From an uncultured Solirubrobacteraceae bacterium (GTDB lineage Bacteria > Actinomycetota > Thermoleophilia > Solirubrobacterales > Solirubrobacteraceae), in contig CAZPQW010000026.1 in NCBI GenBank assembly GCA_964588985.1, positions 1 to 46,358 of the forward strand: a DNA stretch of 46,358 nucleotides, read 5' to 3'. The translations under genes were made by a program, and so were the position numbers. Positions 27,930-38,942 of this stretch are shown here, in pieces (the stretch's first letter is position 1; each line of letters opens with the position of its first letter). The notes beneath the pieces are model-generated. The model ran no database searches, was not told the origin of the DNA, and saw only the letters and a list, made by a program, of their open reading frames with translations.

Positions 27930-28781
27930 GTGGATAACATCGGTCGCTTGTCCACCGCGGTTTCGATCGACACGAGCGCGCCTTCCGCAGAAATCGGCTC
28001 CGGGTCGGTGGGCACGATTGCGCCCATCCACATGCGGACGCGCTGGTGGGTCGAGATTGTCACGATCGCGTGGCTCGGGTGGATGTATGACGCGATCACC
28101 AACCTCGCGCCGCTGCGCCTGCACACTGCGCTCGCGCACGCCCAGGGCATCCTCGACCTGGAGCGGACGCTGCACATCGATCCGGAGCTCACGCTGGATC
28201 GCTGGCTGGCCGGACACCACACGCTCGGCCTGGCGGTGTCCTACTACTACGACAACGCGCACTTCGTGGTCACGCTCGGCCTGCTCGGCTGGTTGTGGTT
28301 TCGCAGGGTGGACCTGTACAGGCCGCTGCGCAACTCGCTCGTGCTCGTGAACGCGCTCGCGTTCGTCGTGTTCTGGCGCTATCCGGTTGCCCCTCCGCGG
28401 ATGCTCGACGGGTTCACCGACGTGGTGCAAGCCACCCACGCGGTCGGCTCCTACCACACAGGTGCGCTCGCCTCCCACGCAAACGAGCTCGCGGCGATGC
28501 CGTCGCTGCACATCGCGTGGGCGGTGTGGTGCACGCTCGTGATCTGGCAGCTGAGCGCACGTCGATGGGCGCGCGCGGTCGCGGTCGCCTACCCGTGCAC
28601 GACCGCGATGGCGGTGGTGTCGACCGGCAACCACTTCGTGCTCGACATCCTCGGCGGGCTGGCGGCGATCGCCGTGTCCGTTTTGCTGGTGGCGCTGGCG
28701 GAACGCGGACGTTCTCGATTGGCAGGCGATTTCCACCATCGCGAAATGCAGTTGTTCGCAAATTCCGAGAACGGCGCGTAG
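27930..28781 (+). CDS. PAP2 superfamily protein of the Aur1/inositol-phosphorylceramide-synthase-like group (PAP2_3)
   Basis: YYY...HF, YPVAPPRM, AMPSLH, STGNHFVLDILGG; about 6 TM. Alternative start ATG 28032. Confidence 0.87.
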   Translation: MDNIGRLSTAVSIDTSAPSAEIGSGSVGTIAPIHMRTRWWVEIVTIAWLGWMYDAITNLAPLRLHTALAHAQGILDLERTLHIDPELTLDRWLAGHHTLGLAVSYYYDNAHFVVTLGLLGWLWFRRVDLYRPLRNSLVLVNALAFVVFWRYPVAPPRMLDGFTDVVQATHAVGSYHTGALASHANELAAMPSLHIAWAVWCTLVIWQLSARRWARAVAVAYPCTTAMAVVSTGNHFVLDILGGLAAIAVSVLLVALAERGRSRLAGDFHHREMQLFANSENGA

Positions 28782-28786
28782 CGCAT

Positions 28787-28917
28787 GTCACAAACTTGTT
28801 ACGAAGTCCAAGACCAGCTAGACTAGCGCCGCCGCCGCAGATTGTTGAGGGACATTTCGACGGCCCCGCGGCGATACAGCGCGGGGGGTTTCTCGTCTGT
28901 AGGGTGGCCCTACGCAC
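28787..28917 (+). promoter_or_regulatory. atp operon promoter/leader: GTnAC-N6-GTnAC repeat, -10 TAGACT, alternative hairpins
   Basis: GTCAC-AAACTT-GTTAC at 28787-28802; TAGACT at 28819-24 inside GCTAG-A-CTAGC; hairpin CCCCGCG/CGCGGGG followed by GGTTTCT; hairpin GTAGGG/CCCTAC. Confidence 0.5.
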
Positions 28918-29227
28918 ATGTCAGACTTCGATTCCAACGAGGACTTCGCGCGCCTGCCCGGCTCCAGCTCGGGAGGCTCGCCGGAACCCGCAGATACCGG
29001 GAAAACGGCCGCGCGACGTCGATTGAGGCGGAGCCGCCGGCCCTCGCACCGTGGCGTGCGCAAGCCGAGCGCTTCGCTCTTCTCCCCGGCACGACCGCGC
29101 TCGCATGTCTCTTCAACCTGCCGCGGGACGCTCCGCGCATGCGTCCCCGGCGCTCATCTCCGTCGACGTCGTCGTCGCAGCCCGTGGACCACAGGACACG
29201 GAACGCCCCCCGGATCGCCAAGCTGAC

Positions 29228-29617
29228 GTGTTCTTCCTCCGCTACCTCGACGTGTGCCTGGTGCTCGCGACGGCCCCGTTCGTGCTGGCCGCGGGCCTGC
29301 CGACCTTCGGCTACCTGGTCGGTGCCGCCGCCTGGATCCTGACGCGGGCTGCGACCGCGATCGCTCACGCCAGAGCGCGGCGGGTTGGCGACGCGAAGCT
29401 CAGGGCGGGGCTGCAGGTGGGCGCGATGATGGGACGCATCTGGCTGGTCGCGCTCGCGCTGGTGCTGGCCCGCTATGAGGGCGGCAAGAGCGACGGGATC
29501 ATGGCCGCCGCGCTGGTGCTGGCGGCGTTCACGGTGTACTTCCTGATGTCGTTCGTGACGCGCGAGGGGCCGCTTCAGGGCAGCGCCCACGCGCAGGGGA
29601 GGCCGAGCGTCTCATGA
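29228..29617 (+). CDS. atpI: ATP synthase protein I-like 4-TM membrane protein
   Basis: Four hydrophobic helices, ATGA-coupled to atpB. Start GTG 29228 preferred (ATG 29105 also possible). Confidence 0.7.
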   Translation: MFFLRYLDVCLVLATAPFVLAAGLPTFGYLVGAAAWILTRAATAIAHARARRVGDAKLRAGLQVGAMMGRIWLVALALVLARYEGGKSDGIMAAALVLAAFTVYFLMSFVTREGPLQGSAHAQGRPSVS

Positions 29618-30534
29618 GCACGCCCGAGCAGACCAAGAGCGGCGGCATGAGCAAAAAGCAGATCCTGTTCGCGCTCGGCGGCGTGTGGATCGGCGGCATC
29701 GTGGTGCTGTTCGTGATCTTCGGCAGCGGCGGGCGCAACACCGCCTTCCAGCCGCAGAACGAGTTCAAGCTCGACAACTGGATCCACCTCGGGATCTTCT
29801 CGATCAACAAGGCGGTCCTCTACCTGTTCCTCGCGGCGATCGCGACGTGCGCGACCATGGTCTACATCGCACAGCGCATGCAGGCTCGCCCCAACAAGAT
29901 GCAGACCGCCGTGGAGGCGCTCTACCAGCTGATGCATGACAACATCGCCGGCGGGAACCTCGATGAAAAGATGACCAAGCGCTGGTTCCCGTTCATCGGC
30001 ACGCTGTTCCTGTTCATCATGTTCTCCAACCTCGTCGGCTACATCCCGCTGCCGACGAACACCGAGCACAAGATCGACGTGCTCGGGCTGCACATCCCGG
30101 CCTTCTCCCTGTACGCGGCGACCGCGAACCTCTCGATCCCGCTCGTGCTGGCGCTGCTCGTGTTCGGCTCCTACACCTTCGAAGGCGTCCGCGCGAAGGG
30201 CCCGATCGGCTATCTGAAAGGGCTCGTCCCCGGCGGTGTCACAGGAGGCATGGCGGTCTTCATCTTCGGCCTGGAGCTCCTCTCGAACTTCATGCGGCTG
30301 ATGTCGCTGTCGATTCGTCTGTTCGCCAACATCCTCGCGGGGCACCTGATCATCCTGTTCATGGCGGGCGGTCTGGCCGTGATCCTCGGACTCTCCGCGC
30401 TGGCTTGGGCCACGATCCCTCTCGGGATCGCGCTGTTCGCCTTCGAGGTCGTCCTGGTGGCCGCTCTGCAGGCATTCATCTTTGCCACTCTCACAGCTAT
30501 CTACCTCGGCGGCGCGGTCGCCGAAGATCACTAA
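29614..30534 (+). CDS. atpB: F0F1 ATP synthase subunit a
   Basis: FIMFSNLVGYIP, ATAN, SLSIRLFANILAGH (essential Arg), LQAFIFATLTAIY. Confidence 0.97.
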   Translation: MSTPEQTKSGGMSKKQILFALGGVWIGGIVVLFVIFGSGGRNTAFQPQNEFKLDNWIHLGIFSINKAVLYLFLAAIATCATMVYIAQRMQARPNKMQTAVEALYQLMHDNIAGGNLDEKMTKRWFPFIGTLFLFIMFSNLVGYIPLPTNTEHKIDVLGLHIPAFSLYAATANLSIPLVLALLVFGSYTFEGVRAKGPIGYLKGLVPGGVTGGMAVFIFGLELLSNFMRLMSLSIRLFANILAGHLIILFMAGGLAVILGLSALAWATIPLGIALFAFEVVLVAALQAFIFATLTAIYLGGAVAEDH

Positions 30535-30549
30535 AAGGAGCCAATCGCC

Positions 30550-30822
30550 GTGCATATTGCTTTCATCACCCTTCTGGCGGCAGTAACCGAAGAAACCGCC
30601 AAGGCAGGCAAGTCGATCGGTCTCGGCGTGGGCGGAGGCCTAGGCGCAGTGGGCGCCGGAGTAGGCATCGGCATGATCTTCGGCAAGGCGATCGAGGCGA
30701 TCACCCGTCAGCCGGAGATGCGCGACGAGATCACGCAGCTGCAGTGGCTGGGCTTCGCGCTTACCGAGGCATGCTTCTTCTACGGGCTCGTGGCCGGCCT
30801 GCTCGCCGCGTTCATCGTCTGA
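30550..30822 (+). CDS. atpE: F0F1 ATP synthase subunit c (H+-type signature)
   Basis: GAVGAGVGIG, RQPE loop, ALTEA carboxylate; lacks the Na+-type Q...ES/T set. SD AAAGGAG. Confidence 0.97.
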   Translation: MHIAFITLLAAVTEETAKAGKSIGLGVGGGLGAVGAGVGIGMIFGKAIEAITRQPEMRDEITQLQWLGFALTEACFFYGLVAGLLAAFIV

Positions 30823-30826
30823 GCTC

Positions 30827-31405
30827 ATGCTCGGCTCGCTCGCACAACCAATCGCCTCGGGCGTGTCCGTGATCGCCTCCAGCGGCGGCTTCCTGATCGA
30901 ACCGGGGATCGGCCTGATGGTGTGGACGCTGCTCGTGTTCGGCGCGACGATGTTCCTGCTCTCAAAGCTTGCGTTCCCGCGCATCAGCGAGGCGCTGGGC
31001 CGCCGTCAGAAAGCGATCGAAGAATCGATCGACACGGCTGAGCGCACCCGCACCGAGGCCGACCAGATCCTGGCCGAGTATCGGGAGCGGCTGAAGGAGG
31101 CCCGCGCTCAGTCGGACGAGATCGTCAAGCGCGCTCGTGAAGCGGCCGACACGCACGAAGGCGAGGCGAAGGAGCGCGGACAGGAGCTGCTCGCCGAGGC
31201 CGCCAAGCGCGCCGAGCGCGACATCGAGGCTGCCAGCAAGCGAGCCCTCGACGACCTGCGCAAGGAGGTCGCCGACCTCACGATCATGGCCACCGAAAAG
31301 GTCACCCGCAAGACGCTGGGCGACGCCGACCAGCGCCGCCTCGTGGAGGAGGCGCTCGGCGAGCTCGACTTCTCCGGACTGTCCAAGGGCGCATCCAGCA
31401 ACTGA
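30827..31405 (+). CDS. atpF: F0F1 ATP synthase subunit b
   Basis: N-terminal TM (GLMVWTLLVF...KLAFPRI) followed by a long coiled coil. Confidence 0.95.
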   Translation: MLGSLAQPIASGVSVIASSGGFLIEPGIGLMVWTLLVFGATMFLLSKLAFPRISEALGRRQKAIEESIDTAERTRTEADQILAEYRERLKEARAQSDEIVKRAREAADTHEGEAKERGQELLAEAAKRAERDIEAASKRALDDLRKEVADLTIMATEKVTRKTLGDADQRRLVEEALGELDFSGLSKGASSN

Positions 31406-31938
31406 TGGAGGAGCTAGCCCAGGTATACGCCCGCTCGCTGTTCGAGGTCGCTCGCGAGCAGGGAAAGCTGGACGAGCTGCGTGAGCAGCTCGCCCAGTTC
31501 GCCGACGCGTTGAACGACAACCGCGAACTGGCGGTGTTCTTCTTCTCGCCGTACTTCTCCACCGCGGAGAAGCGCGAGTCGTTGCCTCGGCTGCTCGACG
31601 GGGCTGACGAGTCGCTCTTGAACTTCCTCTCGCTGTTGATCGAAAACCACCGTATGCCGGTGATCTTCCGCATCCGCGGGGAGTACGAGCGGCTGTGGGA
31701 TGAGGAGAACAAGACTCTGCCGGTGGAGATCACCAGTGCAATCGAGCTGGACCAGGCGACCACCGAGAGCCTGGGCAAGACGATCGGCGAGCGCGCCGGA
31801 CGCAAGGTCACGCTGTCCGCGCGCGTCGATCCCGACATCCTGGGCGGCATCGTGGTGAGGGTCGGCAACTCGATCCTCGATGCCTCTATTCGCAACCGAC
31901 TGGAGCAGCTGCGCAGGCACGTTGCCCAAGGAGCCTAG
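31405..31938 (+). CDS. atpH: F0F1 ATP synthase subunit delta
   Basis: YARSLF, NFLSLLIENHR, VDPDILGGIVVRVGNSILDASIR. Confidence 0.96.
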   Translation: MEELAQVYARSLFEVAREQGKLDELREQLAQFADALNDNRELAVFFFSPYFSTAEKRESLPRLLDGADESLLNFLSLLIENHRMPVIFRIRGEYERLWDEENKTLPVEITSAIELDQATTESLGKTIGERAGRKVTLSARVDPDILGGIVVRVGNSILDASIRNRLEQLRRHVAQGA

Positions 31939-32001
31939 AGGGTGGCGCAGGCGGCCGTAGGCCGGCCAGCCGGGCCCCTCTTCCTCAAATAGGAGAACGA
32001 C

Positions 32002-33555
32002 ATGCAGATCAATCCCGACGAGATCACAAGCATCCTCAAGAGCCGCATCGAGGGGCTCGACGGCGGCCGCGCCGAGCTGACCGAGGTCGGCACCGTGCTG
32101 TCCGTGGCAGACGGCATCGCGCGTCTGCACGGCCTGGAGAACTGCATGTCGTTCGAGATGCTGGAGTTCCCGCACGGCGTGACGGGCCTCGCGCTGAACC
32201 TCGAGTCCGACAACGTCGGCGCGGTGCTGTTCGGAGAGTGGGAGCACATCTCCGAGGGCGACACCGTCAGGCGCACCGGCTCGCTGCTCGAGATCCCCGT
32301 CGGTGAGCAGATGCTCGGACGGATCGTCGACCCGCTCGGGCGTCCTCTCGACGGCAAGGGCGACATCGCCGTCACGGAGACGCGCCCGGCCGAGTTCAAG
32401 GCCCCCGGCGTCGTCCAGCGCCAGCCCGTCACCCAGCCGATGCAGACGGGTCTGAAGGCGATCGACGCGATGATCCCGATCGGCCGCGGCCAGCGCGAGC
32501 TCATCATCGGCGACCGCCAGACCGGCAAGACGGCGATCGCGATCGACACGATCATCAACAACAAGGACACCGGCGTGGTGTCGGTGTACGTGGCGATCGG
32601 GCAGCGCATGTCGACCGTGGTGGCGCTCGCGCAGACGCTCGACGAGCACGGCGCGCTCGACAACACGATCATCGTCGCCGCGCCCGCCGACGAGGCCGCG
32701 CCGATCAAGTTCATGGCGCCGTACGCGGGCTGCGCGATGGGCGAGCACTTCCTCTACAAAGGCCAGCACGCGCTGTGCGTGTACGACGACCTCACCAAGC
32801 ACGCGTACGCTTATCGGCAGATGTCGCTGCTGCTGCGCCGTCCGCCGGGGCGCGAGGCTTATCCCGGTGATGTGTTCTACCTGCACTCGAGGCTGCTGGA
32901 GCGCGCGGTCAAGCTCAACGACGACCTCGGCGGCGGCTCGCTGACGGCGCTGCCGATCATCGAGACGCAGGCGGGCGACGTCTCCGCGTACATCCCCACG
33001 AACGTGATCTCGATCACCGACGGGCAGATCTTCCTGGAGTCGAAACTCTTCAACTCCGGCGTGCGGCCCGCGATCAACGTCGGCATCTCCGTCTCGCGAG
33101 TCGGCGGTAACGCGCAGATCGGCCCGATGAAGAAGGTCGCCGGGCGCATCAAGCTCGAGCTCTCGCAGTACCGCGATCTCGAGGCGTTCGCGCAGTTCGG
33201 ATCCGACCTCGACGCCGACACCCAGCGCACGCTCGCACGCGGCGAGCGTCTCGTGACGACGCTCAACCAGCACGAGCGCGCGCCGCTCGCGGTGGAGGAC
33301 CAGACGGTGCAGATCTACGCCGCCACGAACGGCTACCTCGACCGTCTGAACGTCGAGCGCGTGACGGAGTTCCTGCTCGCGTTGACCGAACGGATGCACT
33401 CCCAGCACGGCGATGTGCGCGAGAAGATCGCGGGCGGGGACTGGTCGGAGGACACGCAGAAAGCGGTGAGCGACGCTGTCGCGGCGTTCGCGCAGGACTT
33501 CGGCTATGACCTCGACGAGGAGGGCCAGCCGCTGGAGGAGGTCGCGGCGGCCTAG
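32002..33555 (+). CDS. atpA: F0F1 ATP synthase subunit alpha
   Basis: [56 protein letters not shown]. Confidence 0.98.
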   Translation: MQINPDEITSILKSRIEGLDGGRAELTEVGTVLSVADGIARLHGLENCMSFEMLEFPHGVTGLALNLESDNVGAVLFGEWEHISEGDTVRRTGSLLEIPVGEQMLGRIVDPLGRPLDGKGDIAVTETRPAEFKAPGVVQRQPVTQPMQTGLKAIDAMIPIGRGQRELIIGDRQTGKTAIAIDTIINNKDTGVVSVYVAIGQRMSTVVALAQTLDEHGALDNTIIVAAPADEAAPIKFMAPYAGCAMGEHFLYKGQHALCVYDDLTKHAYAYRQMSLLLRRPPGREAYPGDVFYLHSRLLERAVKLNDDLGGGSLTALPIIETQAGDVSAYIPTNVISITDGQIFLESKLFNSGVRPAINVGISVSRVGGNAQIGPMKKVAGRIKLELSQYRDLEAFAQFGSDLDADTQRTLARGERLVTTLNQHERAPLAVEDQTVQIYAATNGYLDRLNVERVTEFLLALTERMHSQHGDVREKIAGGDWSEDTQKAVSDAVAAFAQDFGYDLDEEGQPLEEVAAA

Positions 33556-33579
33556 CGCCAACCCGCCGCCCTTACTGCC

Positions 33580-35994
<2,415 letters not shown>

Positions 35995-35995
<1 letters not shown>

Positions 35996-36402
35996 TGGCT
36001 CGTACGACGTTCCCAGTGGAAGTGCTGACGCCCGAGGGCGAGGTGTTCTCGGAGGAGATTGAGATGCTCTCCACGCGCACCGTGGTGGGCTCGATCGGAA
36101 TCCTCGCCGGCCACGAGCCGGTGCTCGCGATGCTCGAGCCGACGGAGCTGCGGCTCTACCGCTCCGAGACGGACGTGGTGCGCTTCGCGCAGGCCGAGGG
36201 CTACCTGCAGTTCGCCGAGAACCGCGCGCTCGTGCTCGTGGAGGAGGCGATCGCGCCCGAGAAGCTGGACCGCGCGACGTTCGAGACGAAGCTCAGCGAA
36301 GCACGCGCCGCGGTCGAGCGCGCCGAGGAGGGCAGCGAGGAGAAGGCGCGCCGCCTGCGCGACGTACGTCGCTACGAGGCGTTCCTCGCGGTCGGAGCTT
36401 GA
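35995..36402 (+). CDS. atpC: F0F1 ATP synthase subunit epsilon
   Basis: TAATG overlap with atpD; VEVLTPEG, GSIGILAGHEP, C-terminal helical hairpin. Confidence 0.95.
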
Positions 36403-36463
36403 TCCGCGCGACAGCGCCGACACGCCACCTCGCCAGCGCTCACCCAATAGCCTACGCCGCGTC

Positions 36464-37750
36464 ATGAGCACAGCAAGAGAGCCAATCGGCGTGATCGGCA
36501 CCGGCTACGTCGGGCTGGTGACCGCGGCTGGCTTCGCGGAGCTCGGCAGCGACGTGTATTGCGTCGACATCGACGCGGCGAAGATCGAGCGCCTGCGCGC
36601 GGGCGAGGTGCCGATCTACGAGCCGGGCCTGGAGGAGCTGCTCGCGCGCAACGCCGAGCGGCTGCACTTCTCCACCGAGATCGTGGATGCGCTGGAGAAC
36701 GCGCGCCTGCTGTTCGTGGCCGTCGGAACCCCGCCGACGTACTCCGGTGACGCGGACCTCTCCGCTGTGCACGCGGTCGTGAACGCGATCCCCGCATCCA
36801 AGGACCACGCGCTCGTGATGAAGTCGACCGTCCCCTGCGGCACCGGCGCGTCGCTGCAGCGCGTGTTCGGCGAGCAGGGCAAGGACGGCCTCGGATACGT
36901 CTCCTGCCCGGAGTTCCTCAAGGAGGGCTCCGCGGTGGCGGACTTCATGAACCCCGACCGGGTGGTCGTGGGCGACGCGGGCGGGTGGGCCGGCGACGCC
37001 GTGGTGGAGCTGTACGCGCCGCTCGACGCTCCCGTCGTGCGCACGGACGTCGCCAGCGCGGAGATGGTCAAGCTGGCGTCCAACGCTTTCCTCGCGACGA
37101 AGATCTCGTTCATAAACGAGATCGCGAACGTGTGCGAGGAGACGGGCGCGGACGTGGTGGAGGTCGCGCGCGGTATGGGCCTCGACGATCGCATCGGCGC
37201 GAAGTTCCTGCAGGCGGGGATTGGATTCGGGGGAAGTTGCTTTCCCAAGGACGTGGACGCGCTCAAGCAGCTCGCGGGCAACTCCGGCTACCACTTCCAG
37301 CTGCTGACGGCGGTTATCGAGGTCAACGACCTGCAGAAGCGCCGCGTGATCGGCAAGCTGCAGAAGCACCTCGGCGCGCTCGCGGGCAAGCGGATCGCGC
37401 TGCTGGGGCTGGCGTTCAAGCCGAACACGGACGACATGCGCGAGGCCTCCTCGCTGGTGCTCTCAGCCCGCCTGAACGCGGACGGCGCATCGGTCAGCGC
37501 GTATGACCCCATCGCCGAGGAGCAGGCTCGCAAGCTGGTCTCGGGGATCGACTTCGCGTTCTCGCCACTCGATGCCGTCAAGGACGCCGACGCGGTGGTG
37601 CTGGTGACCGAGTGGCGCGAGTTCCTCGAGCTCGACTTCGAGAGGGTAGCGAGCGCGATGCGGGGCAACGTGGTGATCGACGGGCGCAACGCGCTCGACC
37701 CGGCGACGGTGCGCGCGGCGGGCCTCATCTACGAGGGCATCGGGCGCTAG
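36464..37750 (+). CDS. UDP-glucose/GDP-mannose 6-dehydrogenase family protein
   Basis: IGTGYVG, AVGTP, KSTVP, PEFLKEG, KLASNAFLATKISFINE, GFGGSCFPKD (catalytic Cys), FKPNTDDMRE. Confidence 0.95.
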   Translation: MSTAREPIGVIGTGYVGLVTAAGFAELGSDVYCVDIDAAKIERLRAGEVPIYEPGLEELLARNAERLHFSTEIVDALENARLLFVAVGTPPTYSGDADLSAVHAVVNAIPASKDHALVMKSTVPCGTGASLQRVFGEQGKDGLGYVSCPEFLKEGSAVADFMNPDRVVVGDAGGWAGDAVVELYAPLDAPVVRTDVASAEMVKLASNAFLATKISFINEIANVCEETGADVVEVARGMGLDDRIGAKFLQAGIGFGGSCFPKDVDALKQLAGNSGYHFQLLTAVIEVNDLQKRRVIGKLQKHLGALAGKRIALLGLAFKPNTDDMREASSLVLSARLNADGASVSAYDPIAEEQARKLVSGIDFAFSPLDAVKDADAVVLVTEWREFLELDFERVASAMRGNVVIDGRNALDPATVRAAGLIYEGIGR

Positions 37751-37752
37751 CG

Positions 37753-38853
37753 ATGCAGGCGGTGATCCTCGTCGGCGGACAGGGCACGCGCCTGCGCCCG
37801 CTCACCTCCACGATCCCCAAGCCGGTGGTGCGCCTCGTCGACCGTCCCTTCATCTCGTTCATGCTCGAGTGGCTGCGCGGCCACGGGGTGGACGACGTGA
37901 TCATGTCGTGCGGCTTCCTGGCGGACGGCGTGCGCGACGTGCTCGGAGACGGCTCGGAGCTGGGGATCAGCCTGCGCTTCGTCGAGGAGCCCGAGCCGCT
38001 CGGCACCGCCGGAGCGCTGAAGCTGGCCGAGCCGATGCTCGACGAGCGCTTCCTGATGCTCAACGGCGACGTGCTCACCGACATCGACCTGACGGCGCAG
38101 ATCGCCCAGCACGAGCAGACCGGGGCGCGCGCGACGCTGTCGCTGGTGGCGGTCGCGGACCCCTCGGCCTATGGGGTGGTGGTGCTCGAGGAGGACCGCT
38201 CGGTCCGCGACTTCATCGAGAAGCCGAGCTCCGACAACGTGCCGTCGAAGCTGATCAGCGCGGGCGCGTACGTGCTCGAGCGCGACATCCTCGAGCTGAT
38301 ACCCCCGGAGCGCAACGTATCGATCGAGCGCGAGGTGTGGCCGGTGCTGATCGGGGACGGCCTATATGGATATGAGTCCGACAGCTACTGGCTGGACATC
38401 GGCACGCCGGCGCGCTACCTGCAGGGCACCTTCGACATCATCGAGGGCAACGTGGAGACGGCTGTGCGCGAGCGTCTCGGCGAGAGCTGGCTGGCGATCG
38501 CGGACGGCGCGCAGGTGCACGGCCGTGCGATCCCGCCGGCCGTGATCGACAGCGGCGTGACCGTGGCGGCGGGCGCGCACGTGGGCAGCCTGGTCGTGCT
38601 CGGAGAGAACGTGACGGTCGGCGCGGGCGCCACGGTCGAGCGCGCGGTCGTGCTCGACGGCACCCACATCGGCGAGGGCTGCGAGCTGCGCGACTGCATC
38701 GTCGCGGCTGGCTGCACCATCGGCGCGGGCACCAGAATCACCGGCGGAGCGGTGCTCGGCGAGGGTGTGGTGATCGGGGCGCGCAACGTGATCACACGCG
38801 GGGCGCGTATCTTCCCTGGTGTGCAGTTGCCCGACGGCGCGATCGAGTTCTAG
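37753..38853 (+). CDS. NDP-sugar pyrophosphorylase, mannose-1-phosphate guanylyltransferase-like, with C-terminal hexapeptide repeats
   Basis: LVGGQGTRLRPLT..PKP, EPEPLGTAG, NGDV, FIEKP, SIEREV, YWLDIGTP. Confidence 0.92.
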   Translation: MQAVILVGGQGTRLRPLTSTIPKPVVRLVDRPFISFMLEWLRGHGVDDVIMSCGFLADGVRDVLGDGSELGISLRFVEEPEPLGTAGALKLAEPMLDERFLMLNGDVLTDIDLTAQIAQHEQTGARATLSLVAVADPSAYGVVVLEEDRSVRDFIEKPSSDNVPSKLISAGAYVLERDILELIPPERNVSIEREVWPVLIGDGLYGYESDSYWLDIGTPARYLQGTFDIIEGNVETAVRERLGESWLAIADGAQVHGRAIPPAVIDSGVTVAAGAHVGSLVVLGENVTVGAGATVERAVVLDGTHIGEGCELRDCIVAAGCTIGAGTRITGGAVLGEGVVIGARNVITRGARIFPGVQLPDGAIEF

Positions 38854-38942
38854 ATCGATACCGCCGCAGGGGCCGCAACCCAACCTGAGAACACACCCGT
38901 ACCCATTCGCATGACAACCCAAGGACCACAGGAGGCGAGCAG

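Noticed and set aside
26016-28739. 907-aa minus-strand ORF over the cassette
   Set aside because: Arg/Ala/Gly-rich low-complexity shadow overlapping genes with clear family motifs; such ORFs are expected at this GC content.
30550-30822. Na+-translocating ATP synthase
   Set aside because: Subunit c has GVGIG and TEA rather than the Gln and Glu-Ser/Thr Na+-binding signature.
38854-38942. Possible SAH riboswitch or uORF (MTTQGPQEASR, 38911-38946) upstream of the pgi/pmi-ahcY genes
   Set aside because: The SAH aptamer hallmarks (GAGGAGCG...CAGGCUC...CGCUC) are absent, and the short ORF has no SD or other support.
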